From NCBI GenBank assembly GCA_951406725.2, contig OX597817.1, positions 25,172,001 through 25,236,000 on the forward strand: a DNA stretch of 64,000 nt, read 5' to 3'. The notes below the pieces were generated by a model, which was not told where the DNA came from, made no database searches, and saw only the letters and a list, made by a program, of their open reading frames with translations. Both the position numbers and the translations under genes were made by a program. Below, one piece after another: positions 1-13,989 of this stretch (the stretch's first letter is position 1; every line of letters begins with the position of its first letter). The stretch is from Octopus vulgaris (taxonomy: Eukaryota).

Positions 1-546
<546 letters not shown>

Positions 547-1660
547 TCTAGAGCTGATGGTGTTGTGAGTTCAATCATACGGTGCATTTTCTTTTCTTAA
601 GGTTGTGACTTGAAGAACTTAGAATAAATAGAATCAGTCACACCTGTGACATCAACCATTTTTCAAAAATAAAACAGTCATGTGTATTTCATATCATTCT
701 TTTCCTAATTTATCATATTTGATTAGTAAGCAAAAAAAAAATTGTTCAGATAATGTTAGCACCATCACAATTATAGCAACAATGCAAAAATAAGAAATAA
801 GATCTAGAAATAAATAAACTTAGTATATATATGAAATAACCATTTGTAAACTCGATAGATGCAGCCAATATCAGTGAAAAGGTCATAGAAGTGTCAAAAA
901 CTAAAAGAAACACTGATAATTCTAACACAGTCATGAAACATTGAAGAAGTGAATAATATCAATCAATGCATGTGTTTAATTATCGGCAAAGATAACTCTC
1001 CTTTAACACGATATTGGTTATAACACACATTTTTTTTTTGAGATCAAACCTCTTGCCAAATATATACAGAAAAAAAAAATCTTTATCAGTTTGCTTGTAT
1101 ATCTATTTAGCTTTCTCTATCTTCCCATCTTCATGTTTCCGAGTGTGTGCATATGCATGTATATAAGTTTGTGCATGTGTATGTGCATTTATGCATATTT
1201 GTATATGCAGATATTATAAGTATGTGAGTGTGTATGTATGTATGTATACACATGCATTCATGCACGCACGCACACACACATGCGCACACACACATACACA
1301 CACACATGCATATATGAATGATACATCAGACAATAATTTCTTATCTAATTACAGTACTGCACATTTTGAGTTCAAATCCTGTTGAAGTCATATTTACTTT
1401 TAATACTTTAGGGTCAGTGAAATAAAGTACCAATTAATTTCTCTTCTTGATTTGTATTCCTATAATGGCTGTTGAGGGTTTTTATTGGTACTGTTGTCAA
1501 ATGAAATGGGGTCATTTGTGATTACATTGGTATCTAATATTTCTATTGGTTAGGCTATTGTGGTGGTTCTTAAGCTGAGCAGTAGTGAACACCTTCAAAT
1601 GTTTTGTGAGCTCACAAAGAAATGGCAAATGTGAAGGAGATGTTATGGAAAAATTATTCA

Positions 1661-1976
1661 TGTGCCGGTGGCATGTAAAAAGCAACATCCAAATGTGGCT
1701 GATGCAAGTTCCGCCTTGACTGGCTTCTGTGCCAGTGGCATGTAAAAAGCACCAGCCAATCCTCCCCTGACACCTGTGCTGGCTGGTAGCACATAAAAAG
1801 CACCCACTACACTCACGGAGTGGTTGGCATTAGGAAGGGCATCCGGCTGTAGAAACACTACCAGATCAGACTGGAGTCTAGTGCAGCCTCCTGGCTTCCC
1901 AGACCCCGGTCAAACCGTCCAACCCATGCTAGCACGGAAAAAGGACGTTAAACGACGATGATGATGATGATGATGA
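1661..1976 (+). mobile_element. Family C retroposon (internal GTGCCGGTGGCAYGTAAAAAGCACC tandem units, (GAT)n tail)
   Basis: Three tandem units, then GGTTGGCATTAGGAAGGGCATCC...AACCCATGCTAGC...GGACGTTAAACGA(TGA)n; five further copies in window. Confidence 0.85.
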
Positions 1977-2460
1977 GTTATGACATATTCAAACCAGGTC
2001 CAATACTTATATTCAAAACACATTTTTTTTAAATCCTTGTCGGTATTAGAATATGTGGCAGACATTGTGTTTTCAGCAAGCGGAAATGTGACTGGTGATG
2101 CACTATAGTCCAATATAACGCTAGATAAATCTTTGCTTCAACAGTAATTTCCATAAAGAAATATGGAATAATAGTCTATGCAAATATCTAAAGGGAAGTA
2201 TACACTGAATAAAATTGGTAAAAAGAAATATGAATAATAAGCTAAGGTTCTGTTTGATTAAGATGATATTCACTTTTTCCTTCCTTTTACAAAACATGCA
2301 AAGGGGTCATTTGTAAAATTCCTCTTGATGAAAGTGGGTGCTGAGAAACAAAATATTGGAAACCACTCTGTTATAGCAATTCACATGGAAAGACATAGGA
2401 GTGAGTCATGATAGTCTAAAAAACTGTTTACATAGAAATCAATCAAAAGAATATTCACAT

Positions 2461-2630
2461 AGGCACAGGAGTGGCTGTGTGGTAAGAAGCTTGCTTTACA
2501 AACACATGGTTCCAGATTCAGTCCCACTGTGTGGCATGTTAGGCAAGTGTCTTCTGCTATAGCCCCAGGCTGATCAAAACCTTGGGAGTGGATTTGGTAG
2601 ACGGAAACTGAAAGAAGGCCGTTGTATATG

Positions 2631-2663
<33 letters not shown>

Positions 2664-2878
2664 ATATACTTGTTTGTCTGTGTTTGTCCCCCCACCATTG
2701 CTTGACAACTGATGTCGGTGTGTTTACATTCCTGTAACGTAGCAGTTCAGCAAAAGAGACCAATAGAATAAGTATCAAGTATACAAAGAATAAGTCTTGA
2801 GGTCGATTTGCTCCCACTTAAAGTGGTGCTCCAGCATGGCCACAGTCAAATGACTGAAACAAATACAAGAATAAAGAA
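2461..2878 (+). mobile_element. Family A tRNA-derived CORE-like SINE
   Basis: Head AGGCACAGGAGTGGCTGTGTGGTAAG, internal (TA)n(TG)n, 3' end CAGTCAAATGACTGAAACAA; matches many other copies. Confidence 0.9.
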
Positions 2879-3090
2879 TATATTTGTAGCTTACTATTGA
2901 TGAACAAAATTCATACGGTATGCCAGCATGGAAAACAGACATTAAACTTTGTAATCTTCTGAACTAGTTTTGCAGTATCAGTAAGCCCAACGACAAACTT
3001 ATATCCAAGTTACTCACCTTTATAAAGGTCTTTAGTTAGGGTTTTTTTTTTCAGGCAACTTTTGCACCTTTGATTTTTACTTTAATCATA

Positions 3091-3501
3091 GGGCGCAGGT
3101 GTGGCTGTGTGGTAAGTAGCTTGTTTACCAACCACATGGTTCCGGGTTCAGTCCCACTGCGTGGCACCTTGGGCAAGTGTCTTCTACTATAGCCTCGGGC
3201 CGACCAAAACCTTGTGAGTGGATTTGGTAGAGGGAAACTGAAAGAAGCCCGTCGTATATATGTATATAAATATATATATGCGTGTGTGTGTTTGTGTGTC
3301 TGTGGTTGTCCCCCTAGCATTGCTTGACAACCGTTGCTGGTGTGTTTATGTCCCCGTTACTTAGCAGTTCAGCAAAAGAGACCGATAGAATAAGTACTGG
3401 GCTTACAAAAGAATAAGTCCCGGGGTCGAGTTGCTCGATTAAAGGCGGTGCTCCAGCATGGCCACAGTCAAATGACTGAAACAAGTAAAAGAGTAAAGAG
3501 T
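3091..3501 (+). mobile_element. Family A SINE, full length
   Basis: A-box-like TGGCTGTGTGG, B-box-like GGTTCAGTCCC, CORE-like ACCTTGGGCAAGT, (AAAGAGT)n tail. Confidence 0.92.
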
Positions 3502-3616
3502 ATACAGTCACATTATCTCTGTAAATATGCTACACTTTTTGCTTACAATGAGGAAGGTTCAAGTTAACTGAAATGGCGCTCCTCTCCTTTTCCCCACAAT
3601 ATTACATGTGTTTACA

Positions 3617-3987
3617 GGAGGCGCAATGGCCCAGTGGTTAGGGCAGTGGACTCGCGGTTTCGATTCCCAGACCGGGCGTTGTGAGAGTTTATTGAGCGAA
3701 AACACCTAAAGCTCCACGAGGCTCCGGCAGGGATGGTGGTGATCCCTCCTGTACTCTTTCACTACAACTTTCTCTCACTCTTACTTCCTGTTTCTGTTGT
3801 ACCTGTATTTCAAAGGGCCGGCCTTGTCGCTCTCTGTGTCACGCTGAATATCCCCGAGAACTACGTTAAGGATACATGTGTCTGTGGAGTGCTCAGCCAC
3901 TTACACGTTAATTTCACGAGCAGGCTGTTCCGTTGATCGGATCAACCAGAACCCTCGTCGTCGTAACCGACGGAGTGCTTCCATTCC
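3617..3987 (+). mobile_element. tRNA-derived SINE (family D)
   Basis: A box TGGCCCAGTGG, B-box-like GTTTCGATTCCC; 3' module shared with the minus copy at 25010-25320; approximate TSD CATGTGTTTA/CACGTGTTTA. Confidence 0.8.
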
Positions 3988-5439
3988 ACGTGTTTATACT
4001 TAGCATCAATATTATTGGTCCCATAAAATGTCAAAGTGAGAAGCGACTTCAAATTGATTTGAACTAAAATTCAAGATGTATGGACTTAAAAAACTATCTT
4101 AAGACTGAAGACTTGAATTGAGTTAGTGCTGATGTTCCATCTAACTTATTTCACCAATATAGTTTTGAACTCAAAAACAAGAGATGCGAAGCTAAACACT
4201 GTATTTGCATTTAGTCAAACATTCTACAGTATTAGTCTTATTTACTAGCTAGCACTATCCACTATATTTTACTTCTTTATTTGAAAAAACAAAAACAAAG
4301 AAAACAAACAAACTAATAATCACTTAATTATCTTTACATTTTTATGGGTCAGTGACTAATTGCTTGAAGCTTGGAACCACTTAGATAAGATCCAGCCAAG
4401 ATATATGTAATTAACAAACTAACTATATGAGTAGGAACTGGTAGAGTGTGAGCAAATTTGTAGAGTCCTCCAATTTATGTCAATATGATAAAATTGATGT
4501 GGTCTCCAATGAAGAATTATTTTAATGGTAAAGAAAAGGAATAAATAAATTAACTATAGTGTAACACTCATAATAATGAAGTAAATATATGTACAGACTC
4601 ATGATTTTTTTTCTTTTATTATAATTTTTTTTTTTTGAAATTTCCACATTATTTCTACAGAAATTGTGATAAAATGATGTGATTTTCTATGGTCAGACAA
4701 TTTGAGCAAACTCCATCACAATTTAATTTATGACCTGAAAATCAAATGTGAATACTAAATCTGGATCTTATCTGGTCCTTATTGTTCTTATAATCCAGTA
4801 TCTTTCCACTATTTGCATGCATCGATTATATTTTGTAAGTTTTCTATTCTTTGCTTATTTTTTTTTGGTAATGTTAATATCATTATTGTTGTTGTTGTTC
4901 ATTTAATCTTCATTTGTTATATATATTTTCTTTATTTCTTTGTTATTATCATCTGTATTCATTATCTGATTTGCATTTGAAAAAGATAATCTCTACACAA
5001 AATAACAGTTAAAAAAAATATTTAAAAATTCCTAAATAAATAAGGAGTAATAATTAATAAAAAACCAGGATCTATGAAAAATAAAAATAAAAATAAAAAT
5101 CCACTAATAGTATTTACTGCGATGGAAGATATGGTGTTTTTTTTTCATAAAATAATGATAAAATTAATAATAAATTACTTTTTTTAATATACAAAATAAA
5201 AAGGAAAACATTAGCAAAAACAGTCATGCAGACTTGCTCCTTTGGTTCCATGTAGTCTGCATAATGAAATTTGTTGATTATCACAGCTCAAAATCAGCCT
5301 AGTGTTTTACTGAGTTGATTACTCTTGATGAAATCAGAAAGATGGTTGTGGTGGGTTGAATAATGCTATCCAAACTGCCCGCATTTTATATTTCCTTCCT
5401 TTATTTCTTTATTCGTGTGTATGCATTCACATGGATGTG

Positions 5440-5621
5440 TTGTGTGTGTGTGTGTGTGTATTTGTTTTTATACTATCTTTTATTTTTAATCTGATGCATT
5501 TCCTAATCATGTTTACATACATACATTCATACACATATGCATACATATAGATACATATATATATATATATATACATATATGTATATATATTTTTATATCT
5601 ATATATATATACATATGTGTG

Positions 5622-5652
<31 letters not shown>

Positions 5653-5800
5653 CTGTGTGTGTAGATATATATGCATACATACATACACACATATATATGT
5701 ATATATGTATGAATATGTGTATATGTATATGTACATACACACACACGCATGCACAAGCACACACACACACACTGATACATTCATTATGTGTGCATATACA
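5440..5800. repeat. Compound (TG)/(TA)/(CA) microsatellite
   Basis: Low-complexity dinucleotide mosaic; source of several spurious Y/I/H/T/C/V ORFs. Confidence 0.9.
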
Positions 5801-6225
5801 CACATAAATGCATTCATGTAAATCCAACCAAGAGCAAAAGGAAATCCTAGAAGATATAAAGGAACAAGATAACAAAAAACCTTTATGAAATACATAAGCC
5901 ACCACACCAATATTATAAAAGTAAAAATACAAGACAATTTGACTCTGAAATATTTAGTTATCTTTTGTTATTTCTTTTTATCATTTTTGATTATGTTCTG
6001 AATCAGTGGTGCATCAAACAAAATGCCTCCTGATATTTGGCCATGTCTTTTTATGTTTGGATTTCAAATCCCTGGTTCTAGGCAACAACTGGAAACAATA
6101 CAATCAAGACTATTCTCCAGCCAAATTCGGTGGCCTTCTTTTTATACTAGAAATCGTTATTGTTGCTGCTATTACTTGCAGAAAAGGTACATTATCTTCT
6201 AGAATTTTTGCTGTATATTCTTTCT

Positions 6226-6446
6226 TTCTTTTACTTTTTTTACTTGTTTTAATCATTTGACTGTGGCCAGGCTGGAGCACCACCTTTAGTCAAGCAAATC
6301 GACTCCAGGGCTTATTTTTTTGTAAGCCTAGTACTTATTCTGTCAGTCACTTTTGCTGAACCACTAAGTTATGGAGATGTAAAGACACTGGCATCAGTTG
6401 TCAAGCAATGTTGGGGGACAAGCACAGACACACAAACTTACACATT

Positions 6447-6488
<42 letters not shown>

Positions 6489-6656
6489 TATATATGCGAT
6501 GGGCTTCTTTCAGTTTCTGTCTACCATATCCACTCACAAGGCTTTGTTTGGCACCTTGGGCAAGTGTCTTTTACTATAACCTCAGGCCAATCAGTGGGGC
6601 TGAACCCAGTACCATGTGGTTGGTAAGCAAGCTATTTACCACACAGCCACTCCTAT
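6226..6656 (-). mobile_element. Family A SINE (diverged)
   Basis: Reverse-complement match to 3091-3501, with a small internal rearrangement near 6550-6590. Confidence 0.85.
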
Positions 6657-6964
6657 CTTTATAGAGTGTATTTTGTGGGTTAAATTCTGTCATTGGCAAA
6701 ATTGTCAGAACATCAGGAAAAAAATGCTTTATTATTATTGTAAGGTATAATAGCCATCTCAATATGGCTAACCACAAAGAGTGGGTGTTACTGTATCTTT
6801 TAGCCCCAGGAGATCATCGTCTCCAGCTGGCTTTAGGCACACTATCTGTGCCCTTATGGTATTTGCAAAGGGAGGCTATCCCTCTCTCGTAAGCCTAAGT
6901 GATACGCACGGACCGCAGTTTCGAGGTTGTTGCCTCTTGTCAACGGGTGGTCAGAGATTCATTA

Positions 6965-6995
<31 letters not shown>

Positions 6996-7147
6996 GTAAT
7001 GTACTTTTCTGTTTCTGAGGTCAAATCCTGCCAAAATTCAACTTTGCTTTCTGTTTTTCCAAGATTAATTAAATAACTACCAGTTAAGTATTCTAAATCA
7101 CCAAACAATACTGCCAACATCAGAAATCATTAATGATTATAATTATT

Positions 7148-7360
7148 AAGGCAGTGAGCTGGCAGAATCATTAGCATACTGGGCAAAATGTTTAGTGGCA
7201 TTTCATCAATCATGACATTCTGAGTTCAAATTCCACCAGGGTCAACTTTGCCTTTCATTCTTTCAGGGTTGATATAAGTCTAGCTATGCACTGGGGTCGA
7301 TGAAATCAACTAGCTCCCTCCCTCAAAATTCCAAGCCTTGTGCCTATAGTAGACAGGATT
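7148..7360 (+). mobile_element. Family B Meta-domain SINE
   Basis: AGGCAGTGAGCTGGCAGAA head, B box GAGTTCAAATTCC, Meta-like GCCTTTCATTCTTTCAGGGTTGATA. Confidence 0.8.
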
Positions 7361-8455
7361 ATTAGTATTATTATTACAATCATTACCCCTCCCCCCACTA
7401 CTAGTACTGCTGCTGCTGCATTTGGAAATAACTTTTCAGTTTATAATAATAATAATTTTCAGTGTAAAGACTTCTTAATTATTTTTTGATTATATCATTA
7501 TTTCTTATAATTTTAATCTTTTTATCATTATTTCATTTTTTAAACATATTTTGCTCTTTTATTGTTTTCAATTATTATTTTTTATTTATATTTTATCTTT
7601 TTATTATTTGCTAATTTTGTTTTGTCTTTTGCTAGATTTTTAACGAAAAAAATTAGCTTCATTTTGTTGCATAAGCATTTTAATTTGGCTATTTACTTTG
7701 CTATTTATTGCTATTTCATTGTTATTGCTTTATTTTGTTTTTTTGTTTTTGTTTTCTTTTAGTAAATGCTCGGTTAATAAAATTATTAGAAAAAAAAGCA
7801 TGACAAAGAACAACAAATCCCAAATGAATATTTTTTTTTTACCAGAGTTTGGTATTAGTTGAGAAAAGTTAAGAAAACACGATGCACATCAACTTTTAGG
7901 TCTTTCAGAAAAGTGCTATAATAAATTGTTTAAAACTACACATGTGCTTTCGCTGGAACGAAGATACAGCGCTATAATTCTGCAATTAAACAGTTATAAA
8001 ACAAGCAAAATAATGATTGAGTGAAATAACAAGTAACCTTAACATGATTGTACACTACTAAAGATGATAAAATATTTACTTGATACAATCCATTGAAGTT
8101 GATCACACTATTCCAGAGGAGACGGCTATCATATGATTTCTCCATTGCACAGATCAGCATTTTTACATTAACACTTTTTAAATTAGATATCTATTTTGTG
8201 GAAGGGAAATGAAAAAGTTTCAGAAAATAGAAAGCTAAAACTAACTGTATTTATTTTCAATCATATATTTAAAGTTCAAACCCAGCCTGTGCCACTTTCA
8301 TGTTTTCATTCCTCTAACAAATCCTCCTTCACATCATTATCAACATCCAACGTCAATTTCCCATACTGGCATGGTGGACGGTTTGACAGAAATATATTAT
8401 ACATTATTTACATTATTTACATTCGATGGATATTTGTCTTCATCTTGTTTGTTGT

Positions 8456-8500
8456 TAACAACGTTTCATCTGATATACCCTCCAGCCTTCTTCAGGTGTC
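8456..8500 (-). ncRNA. Minimal type-I hammerhead-like motif (degenerate)
   Basis: Minus strand gacac CTGAAGA aggctg..cagat GAAAC GTT gtt; palindromic AACGTT stem III; stems I and II imperfect. Confidence 0.5.
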
Positions 8501-8547
8501 TTGGGGAAATTTTGAACCTGGGTTTTCATTCCTAAGGTATTCTTTGA

Positions 8548-8616
<69 letters not shown>

Positions 8617-8699
8617 CCCACGGGCATATGGCGTAGTGGTTAAGAGTACAAGCTACAAACCCCAAGATTCTGAGTTTGATTCCAAGCAGTGACCTGAAC

Positions 8700-8755
<56 letters not shown>

Positions 8756-8825
8756 CAACAACAACAACAACAACAACATCAAAAAATACCTTAGGAAGGA
8801 GAATCCAGGTTCGAAATTTCCCCAA

Positions 8826-8869
8826 AACACCTGAAGAAGGCTGGAGGGTATATCAGCCAAAACGTTGTT
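8826..8869 (+). ncRNA. Minimal type-I hammerhead-like motif (G12 to A mutation)
   Basis: aacac CTGAAGA a GGCTG gagggtatat CAGCC AAAAC GTT; stem II intact, GAAA core mutated to AAAA, stem I weak. Confidence 0.5.
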
Positions 8870-9424
8870 AACAACAAACAAGATGAGGGCAAATATCCGT
8901 CGAATGTAAATAATGTAAATAATGTATATAATTCCTCATCTCTTAAATATAGAACTGTATTATATTATACATACTTCTTATATTCTAGTAGCAATCCAAA
9001 ATGTCACTTTAATTACCCTTATAAAGTTATCTTGTCTTGAACTTAATGGAACAATAAAAAAAAATGTAAATGGTCCATCTTTCCATCTATGTTCATACCT
9101 CATCATTCCTGAATAGCAGTGGAGTCCTGTCAGGCTTCCCAGGCAGTCCTATCAAAAGCAAGACCAACCAAGGCTGTGGATATTATCCAATCAACTAGCG
9201 TGTGATCTGTTCCAAGCTCAACTGCCAGTTGTTCTTACCTGTGAAATCTGTCATGCAATTATTTTCTTGAATATTCTAGCCACCATGTTTGTAGCTTCAG
9301 AGCTGTTACTACTCAATGTAGACAAATAGCGGCTCAATTTAGAATCACTCCCTGATCTCTGAGCTATGAATTCTCTAAAGTAACATTACTCCAGTGATTA
9401 TTTGGACAAACCCTTTTGTGGCTG

Positions 9425-9690
9425 TTTATATTCACAATCTTTCAAAAGCCCAGATGTGCTTGGCTAGGGTTGTGGAATTACATCTCTCTGGGATGTTGAA
9501 TGAGGACTTGTGGTTGCTAAAGTAGGTTCTGAAGAGCCCTTCTGTTTCCCCCACATATTTCCACATGCTCAGTTGTCCTTTGGGTCTTGTTGCTATTACT
9601 TCTGCCTCGTAAAAACTATTTCATATTGCAGTGGCCACTTAGTGGACAAGTTGTGTTACCCCTGCATGAGCATCCTGTTTCAGTCTTGGG
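9425..9690 (-). pseudogene. Penelope-like element GIY-YIG endonuclease fragment
   Basis: My translation with one frameshift: GCSCRGNTTCPLSGHCNMK / YEAEVIATRPKGQLSMWKYVGETEGLFRTYFSNHKSSFNIPERCNSTTLAKHIW, matching the PLE pattern CxC..CPL..C, YxA..YIG.TE..FK.R..NH.SSF..ST.LS..IW. Confidence 0.85.
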
Positions 9691-11286
9691 TTTGAGCATA
9701 CCTACTAAAAATTTTTTTCACATTAGGTGCACAGCTAAAGGACAATCTCAGGGTATGCCTATTAAATATTTTGTTGAATCTGTTGGTCTTCTACAAATAT
9801 AAGTATGTGTCTATGAGATTGTTTGTTTTTGTGTATGTGTACATGTGTGTGTTTGTGGACATGCACGTGCAAGTGCATGTATTCACAGCAATGATATCTA
9901 ATGGACCTTGAGTTGATAGGCTACCGAATATATGACTATATCCTGAAAGCTTATTAAACCCTTTGTATTATATCTTAGAGCAACAAAACAGCATGCATAA
10001 CAGCACTTACTCAAGTCTTCTTGACAATAAAAGCTGATTCCCTTCTTCTTTAAGGATTGATTATTTGGCTGAAGGGATGGAATCCATCTGTGAAAATAAT
10101 TGCACCAACATAAAAATCCGTTTTATACAAAGCTGCAATGGAAGCATTATGTCAGCCAAGAAAAATATCTAGAAGTATACGTTATGTGCAAAGATGTATC
10201 TGCAAAACTAGCTGATCTAGAAGAAGTCATGTTATTGTCTCAATATGTCATTCTTGTCTTATTGAAATTATAATATTATAATGATATTGAAAAGACATAA
10301 CGTTTGCCTTACCAAGTGTGAAATATGCCTTTATGTGTTTATTTATAATTCAAACCATGCCTGCGTTTATATGGTTACATAAATGATTGCTTTTATTTAT
10401 AATATTTGCTGCTATTTGTATCTAGGTATATGTATATACGTGTAAATGTGTTTATCTATGTAAAGTTATATAAGATTGTGTATAGAATAGACCTATACCT
10501 CTGTGATAGTGTATGAGAGAGAGAGAGAGTAAGAGAGAGAGAGGTTGTATATGTAAACTTCATCTGTTTCCTTCTTTTTTTTATTTATTTTTCCTATTAT
10601 CTTTAGCAAGATGAGAGAGAGCCAGTCACAAACTGATTGCCAAAACTATTTCTGGGGCATTAGACAAGAATTAGCATAAATTGGAAGCTGAACTTAGAGA
10701 GAAGTTTGAATAATTTAATGGTTCCATTCACAGATTAGACTTGCAAAGTAAAAAAAAAATCAATATATTTTCTTCCATCTTGGTGATTTCTAACTTTGGT
10801 GTCACATTGTTTAAAATCTGTTTATTATTCAGTTTAGGTATGATATTTTTGTCTGAGAGTCACAGATGACCAAGCTGTTTAGGTGCCATGTTACTAACAA
10901 AGAAGTTATTGGTTCATACTTCTTCAATGGCATTTAACTGTTTCATTAACAAAGAACTATAATTCTTACTGGCTCAGTTCACTTAGCTGGAATTTGGTGA
11001 AGCTAAAACTTCATCTGGTTTAACACCACCACCTGCTCTTCGATGCTTTTAACTTTTAAGGTCAGGTAACACGTTTATGTGGTTAAGAAATTTACTTTAT
11101 AATCATATGTTTTCAGTATCAGCCAACCTTAGTACACAAACACTTTAAGCAAGAGTCAACTCAAGGTTTATGAGTAATATTGGGTATATTGAAACAGTAT
11201 TGAAACATGTTGAATGGATTGTAATAATTTGGGAGTCATATCTTAAATCAATAACTATACTATGTTAACAAATTACTTAAATTTGA

Positions 11287-11540
11287 CCGGTGGCATGTAA
11301 AAAACACCATCCGAGCTTGGCCATTCGCCAGCCTCGTCTGGCACCTGTGTTGGTGGCACATAAAAAGCACCCACTACACTCACGGAGTGGTTGGTGTAAG
11401 GAAGGGCATCCAGCTATAGAAACTCTGCCAGATCTGACTGGCCTGGTGCAGCCTTCGGGCTTCCTAGACCCCAGTTGAACCGTCCAACCCATGCTAGCAT
11501 AGAAAGCGGACGTTAAATGATGATGATGATGATGATGATG
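11287..11540 (+). mobile_element. Family C retroposon
   Basis: Two tandem units, conserved body and (GAT)n tail. Confidence 0.85.
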
Positions 11541-13392
11541 AAATAGATGGTAAATAAATATTTTATATTTTGAGGAATTTATATGAAATAAAAAATATTT
11601 CATTGCTTAGTTTAGCATCACAGCATGACTTATCAGATGGGTTTAGCAGAGTCAACTTGGTGGTGCTAATTCAGATTAGATATTTGTCCAAAGAATCACC
11701 TATTGCTTCCTACTGTAGTAACTCATGAGTGCTGATTTCCTTCATTTTCCTCTATAGCTTTAGAGACCATAGATAAAGTTCATGGTAACTGCCATTTCTT
11801 CTCTGTCTAGGGCATAAAAATGGTTTACATAAAAAAAGCACAGCTAAATGTAGTAAGCACTGGGAACTGAGTATAGTTATGATCTATTCTGCTTGAGATT
11901 CAAACTCTTATTAGAACATTAAATGGTAATTTGATAAAGGTGAGATGAGAGAGTAGATAATCAAATTAGTAGGTAATGAACACTATATTATCACTATGCA
12001 TAACTTTTAATGATTGAGTTTGCCTAGTTTGCAATATGTACCACAGAATGGAATGGTATATAATTATTCTCTGTAAGAAGATACAATATAATAAAACTAA
12101 TGCATGTTACTTAGCTTGTGCTGCAGAGTTCAGGTCCTTCTCTAATTTAAAATAGTAATGGGTAAATTACTCCCTATAATTGCTATATTCTCCTATGAAT
12201 TACACTGTGAAACCATACTTTTTCATAAGTGTCTATATCAGTGTTTTTCAACATTTTTACCTTTGCATAACCTTTAAAATGAATTGCATGTCTTAAGGAA
12301 CTTCTGCACAAAAAAATGTTTATACCATATCTTTCTCATATTTTTTCATTGTAGTTCTCCAGAATTCCTTTCCCCGATGTAAACCTTCTTATAAATAATG
12401 ATCTCATTATTTTATCAGGGAACGCATTCAATTCCACATGGTTTGCTTTTGTGCTTGGGTATGTTTGTTTGTGCTACATCATACCAATTACATGGAAAAT
12501 TAGTTATTTCTTGAAGTACGATAAGTTTAATAAAAATAATTCAGTACTCTTGTTATCCCATCATGTCATGCAAATCTAATATACTAATGCCATAAATTAC
12601 TAAAATAATAGAAAGAAGAAAAAGATGTGTTGTGAGGAATCCTTACAACTTATACTCTCAGTTTTAAATTCTATAATGAATGTGACAATATACAAGTTAC
12701 AAAGCTAAAAAAAATTCGATTGAAGATATTGCTTCTAAACCAGCACACATACACTCAGACATAAACACTCATTAAAATCATAGAAAGTATGAAGAGTTCA
12801 AGTTCATTGTACTGTTAGATTGTTTCTAAAATGTGAGTGCTTACATAAAGTTCTTCTGTGTGTCTAATTCCAGCTAATATAACAATATAATATAATGATG
12901 GAAAATGTTTAAGCAGCGTAAGATAACGAATAAAATTATCACTTCACTGATAATCACTAATTTATTTTCAATATGTCAAATCAATGTTCATATTTTTCAA
13001 ATTAACTCTATATTTACAATATGTATTGATAAGTCTATCACATCGCATCTCATGTCTGCTAATTGCTTTGCAGTTTTAAACACTTTCTCTTTGACCTTCC
13101 TTTGCATTCTTACTTTCTACAAACGTTTTCCTATGGGCCTTATCTATGTTTACTTCCTCTTTCTTAACAGCTTTATTTGTCTTGTAACATCAATTTTTTC
13201 CCTGCTTTTATGTTCTCCTCAGCTATCTTCTAAACTTCATACTCTTTTCATCGATCCTCTTACAAATCTGTTATCTTAACATACATGTCCATTGTCATGG
13301 TGGCTTTCATGTCTATCTACACTCGATACCAAGAGTTTCTAACAAACTATATTTCAGTGACTTACAGCCAGTTTCAAGTCCAACTATATCTG

Positions 13393-13620
13393 TTTCTTTA
13401 TTACCCACAAGGGGCTGAACATAGAAGGGACAAGCAAGGACAGACAAACGGATTAAGTCGATTACATTGACCCCAGTGCGTAACTGGTACTTAATTTATC
13501 GACCCCGAAAGGATGAAAGGCAAAGTCGACCTCGGCGGAATTTGAACTCAGAACGTAACGGCAGATGAAATACGGCTACGCATTTCGCCCGGCGTGCTAA
13601 TGATTCTGCCAGCTCGCCAC
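13393..13620 (-). mobile_element. Family B Meta-domain SINE, well conserved
   Basis: Minus strand GGCGAGCTGGCAGAA..GAGTTCAAATTCCGCCGAGGTCGACTTTGCCTTTCATCCTTTCGGGGTCGATAAATTAAGTACCAG; tail CCCTTGTGGGTAATAAAGAAA. Confidence 0.9.
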
Positions 13621-13989
13621 CATATCATACTCTATCATACTCAATTTCTCCATCAAAGTTTCCTTCATTGTCAACCCTTTTACCTCCATGCCTTCAGCCA
13701 TGGTGGGTATTTTCTCTACCAAACTCTTTGGGTTGCAGATAACTAAACAATGTGTATATAAAATTAATGTCTTTCTCAAGCAAACAGGCATGTCAGGTCA
13801 GATGTTGTGCATTTTTAAAGAGCACCTAAGTGACTAAGAAAAAAAGATGATTAATAAACATTTTAATGCAGCTGCAGTTTGCATGAGTATGTGCATTTTG
13901 AAAAGGACAGAGATAATTAATTAAAGAAAGATAATTAGTTGCACAGAAAATATATGCAGTCTTTTATGAACGCTGAAAATTTTGTAAAC

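Larger units (their letters stand above)
8398..8957 (+). mobile_element. tRNA-headed non-autonomous element with hammerhead-like tail and inverted partial copy
   Basis: Arms 8398-8617 and 8691-8928 are inverted copies; between them A box TGGCGTAGTGG (8629-8639) and B-box-like GAGTTTGATTCC (8672-8683). Each arm has CTGAAGA-stem II-(G/A)AAAC-GTT. Confidence 0.75.

Noticed and set aside
604-642. Possible hammerhead TGTGACT-TGAAGA...GAATC-AGTCACA
   Set aside because: Only stem I pairs; the core is altered and stems II and III are missing.
8622-8694. tRNA-like sequences here and at 3617, 18077 and 54454
   Set aside because: No complete cloverleaf or acceptor stem, and each continues into a repeat body; these are SINE heads, not tRNA genes.
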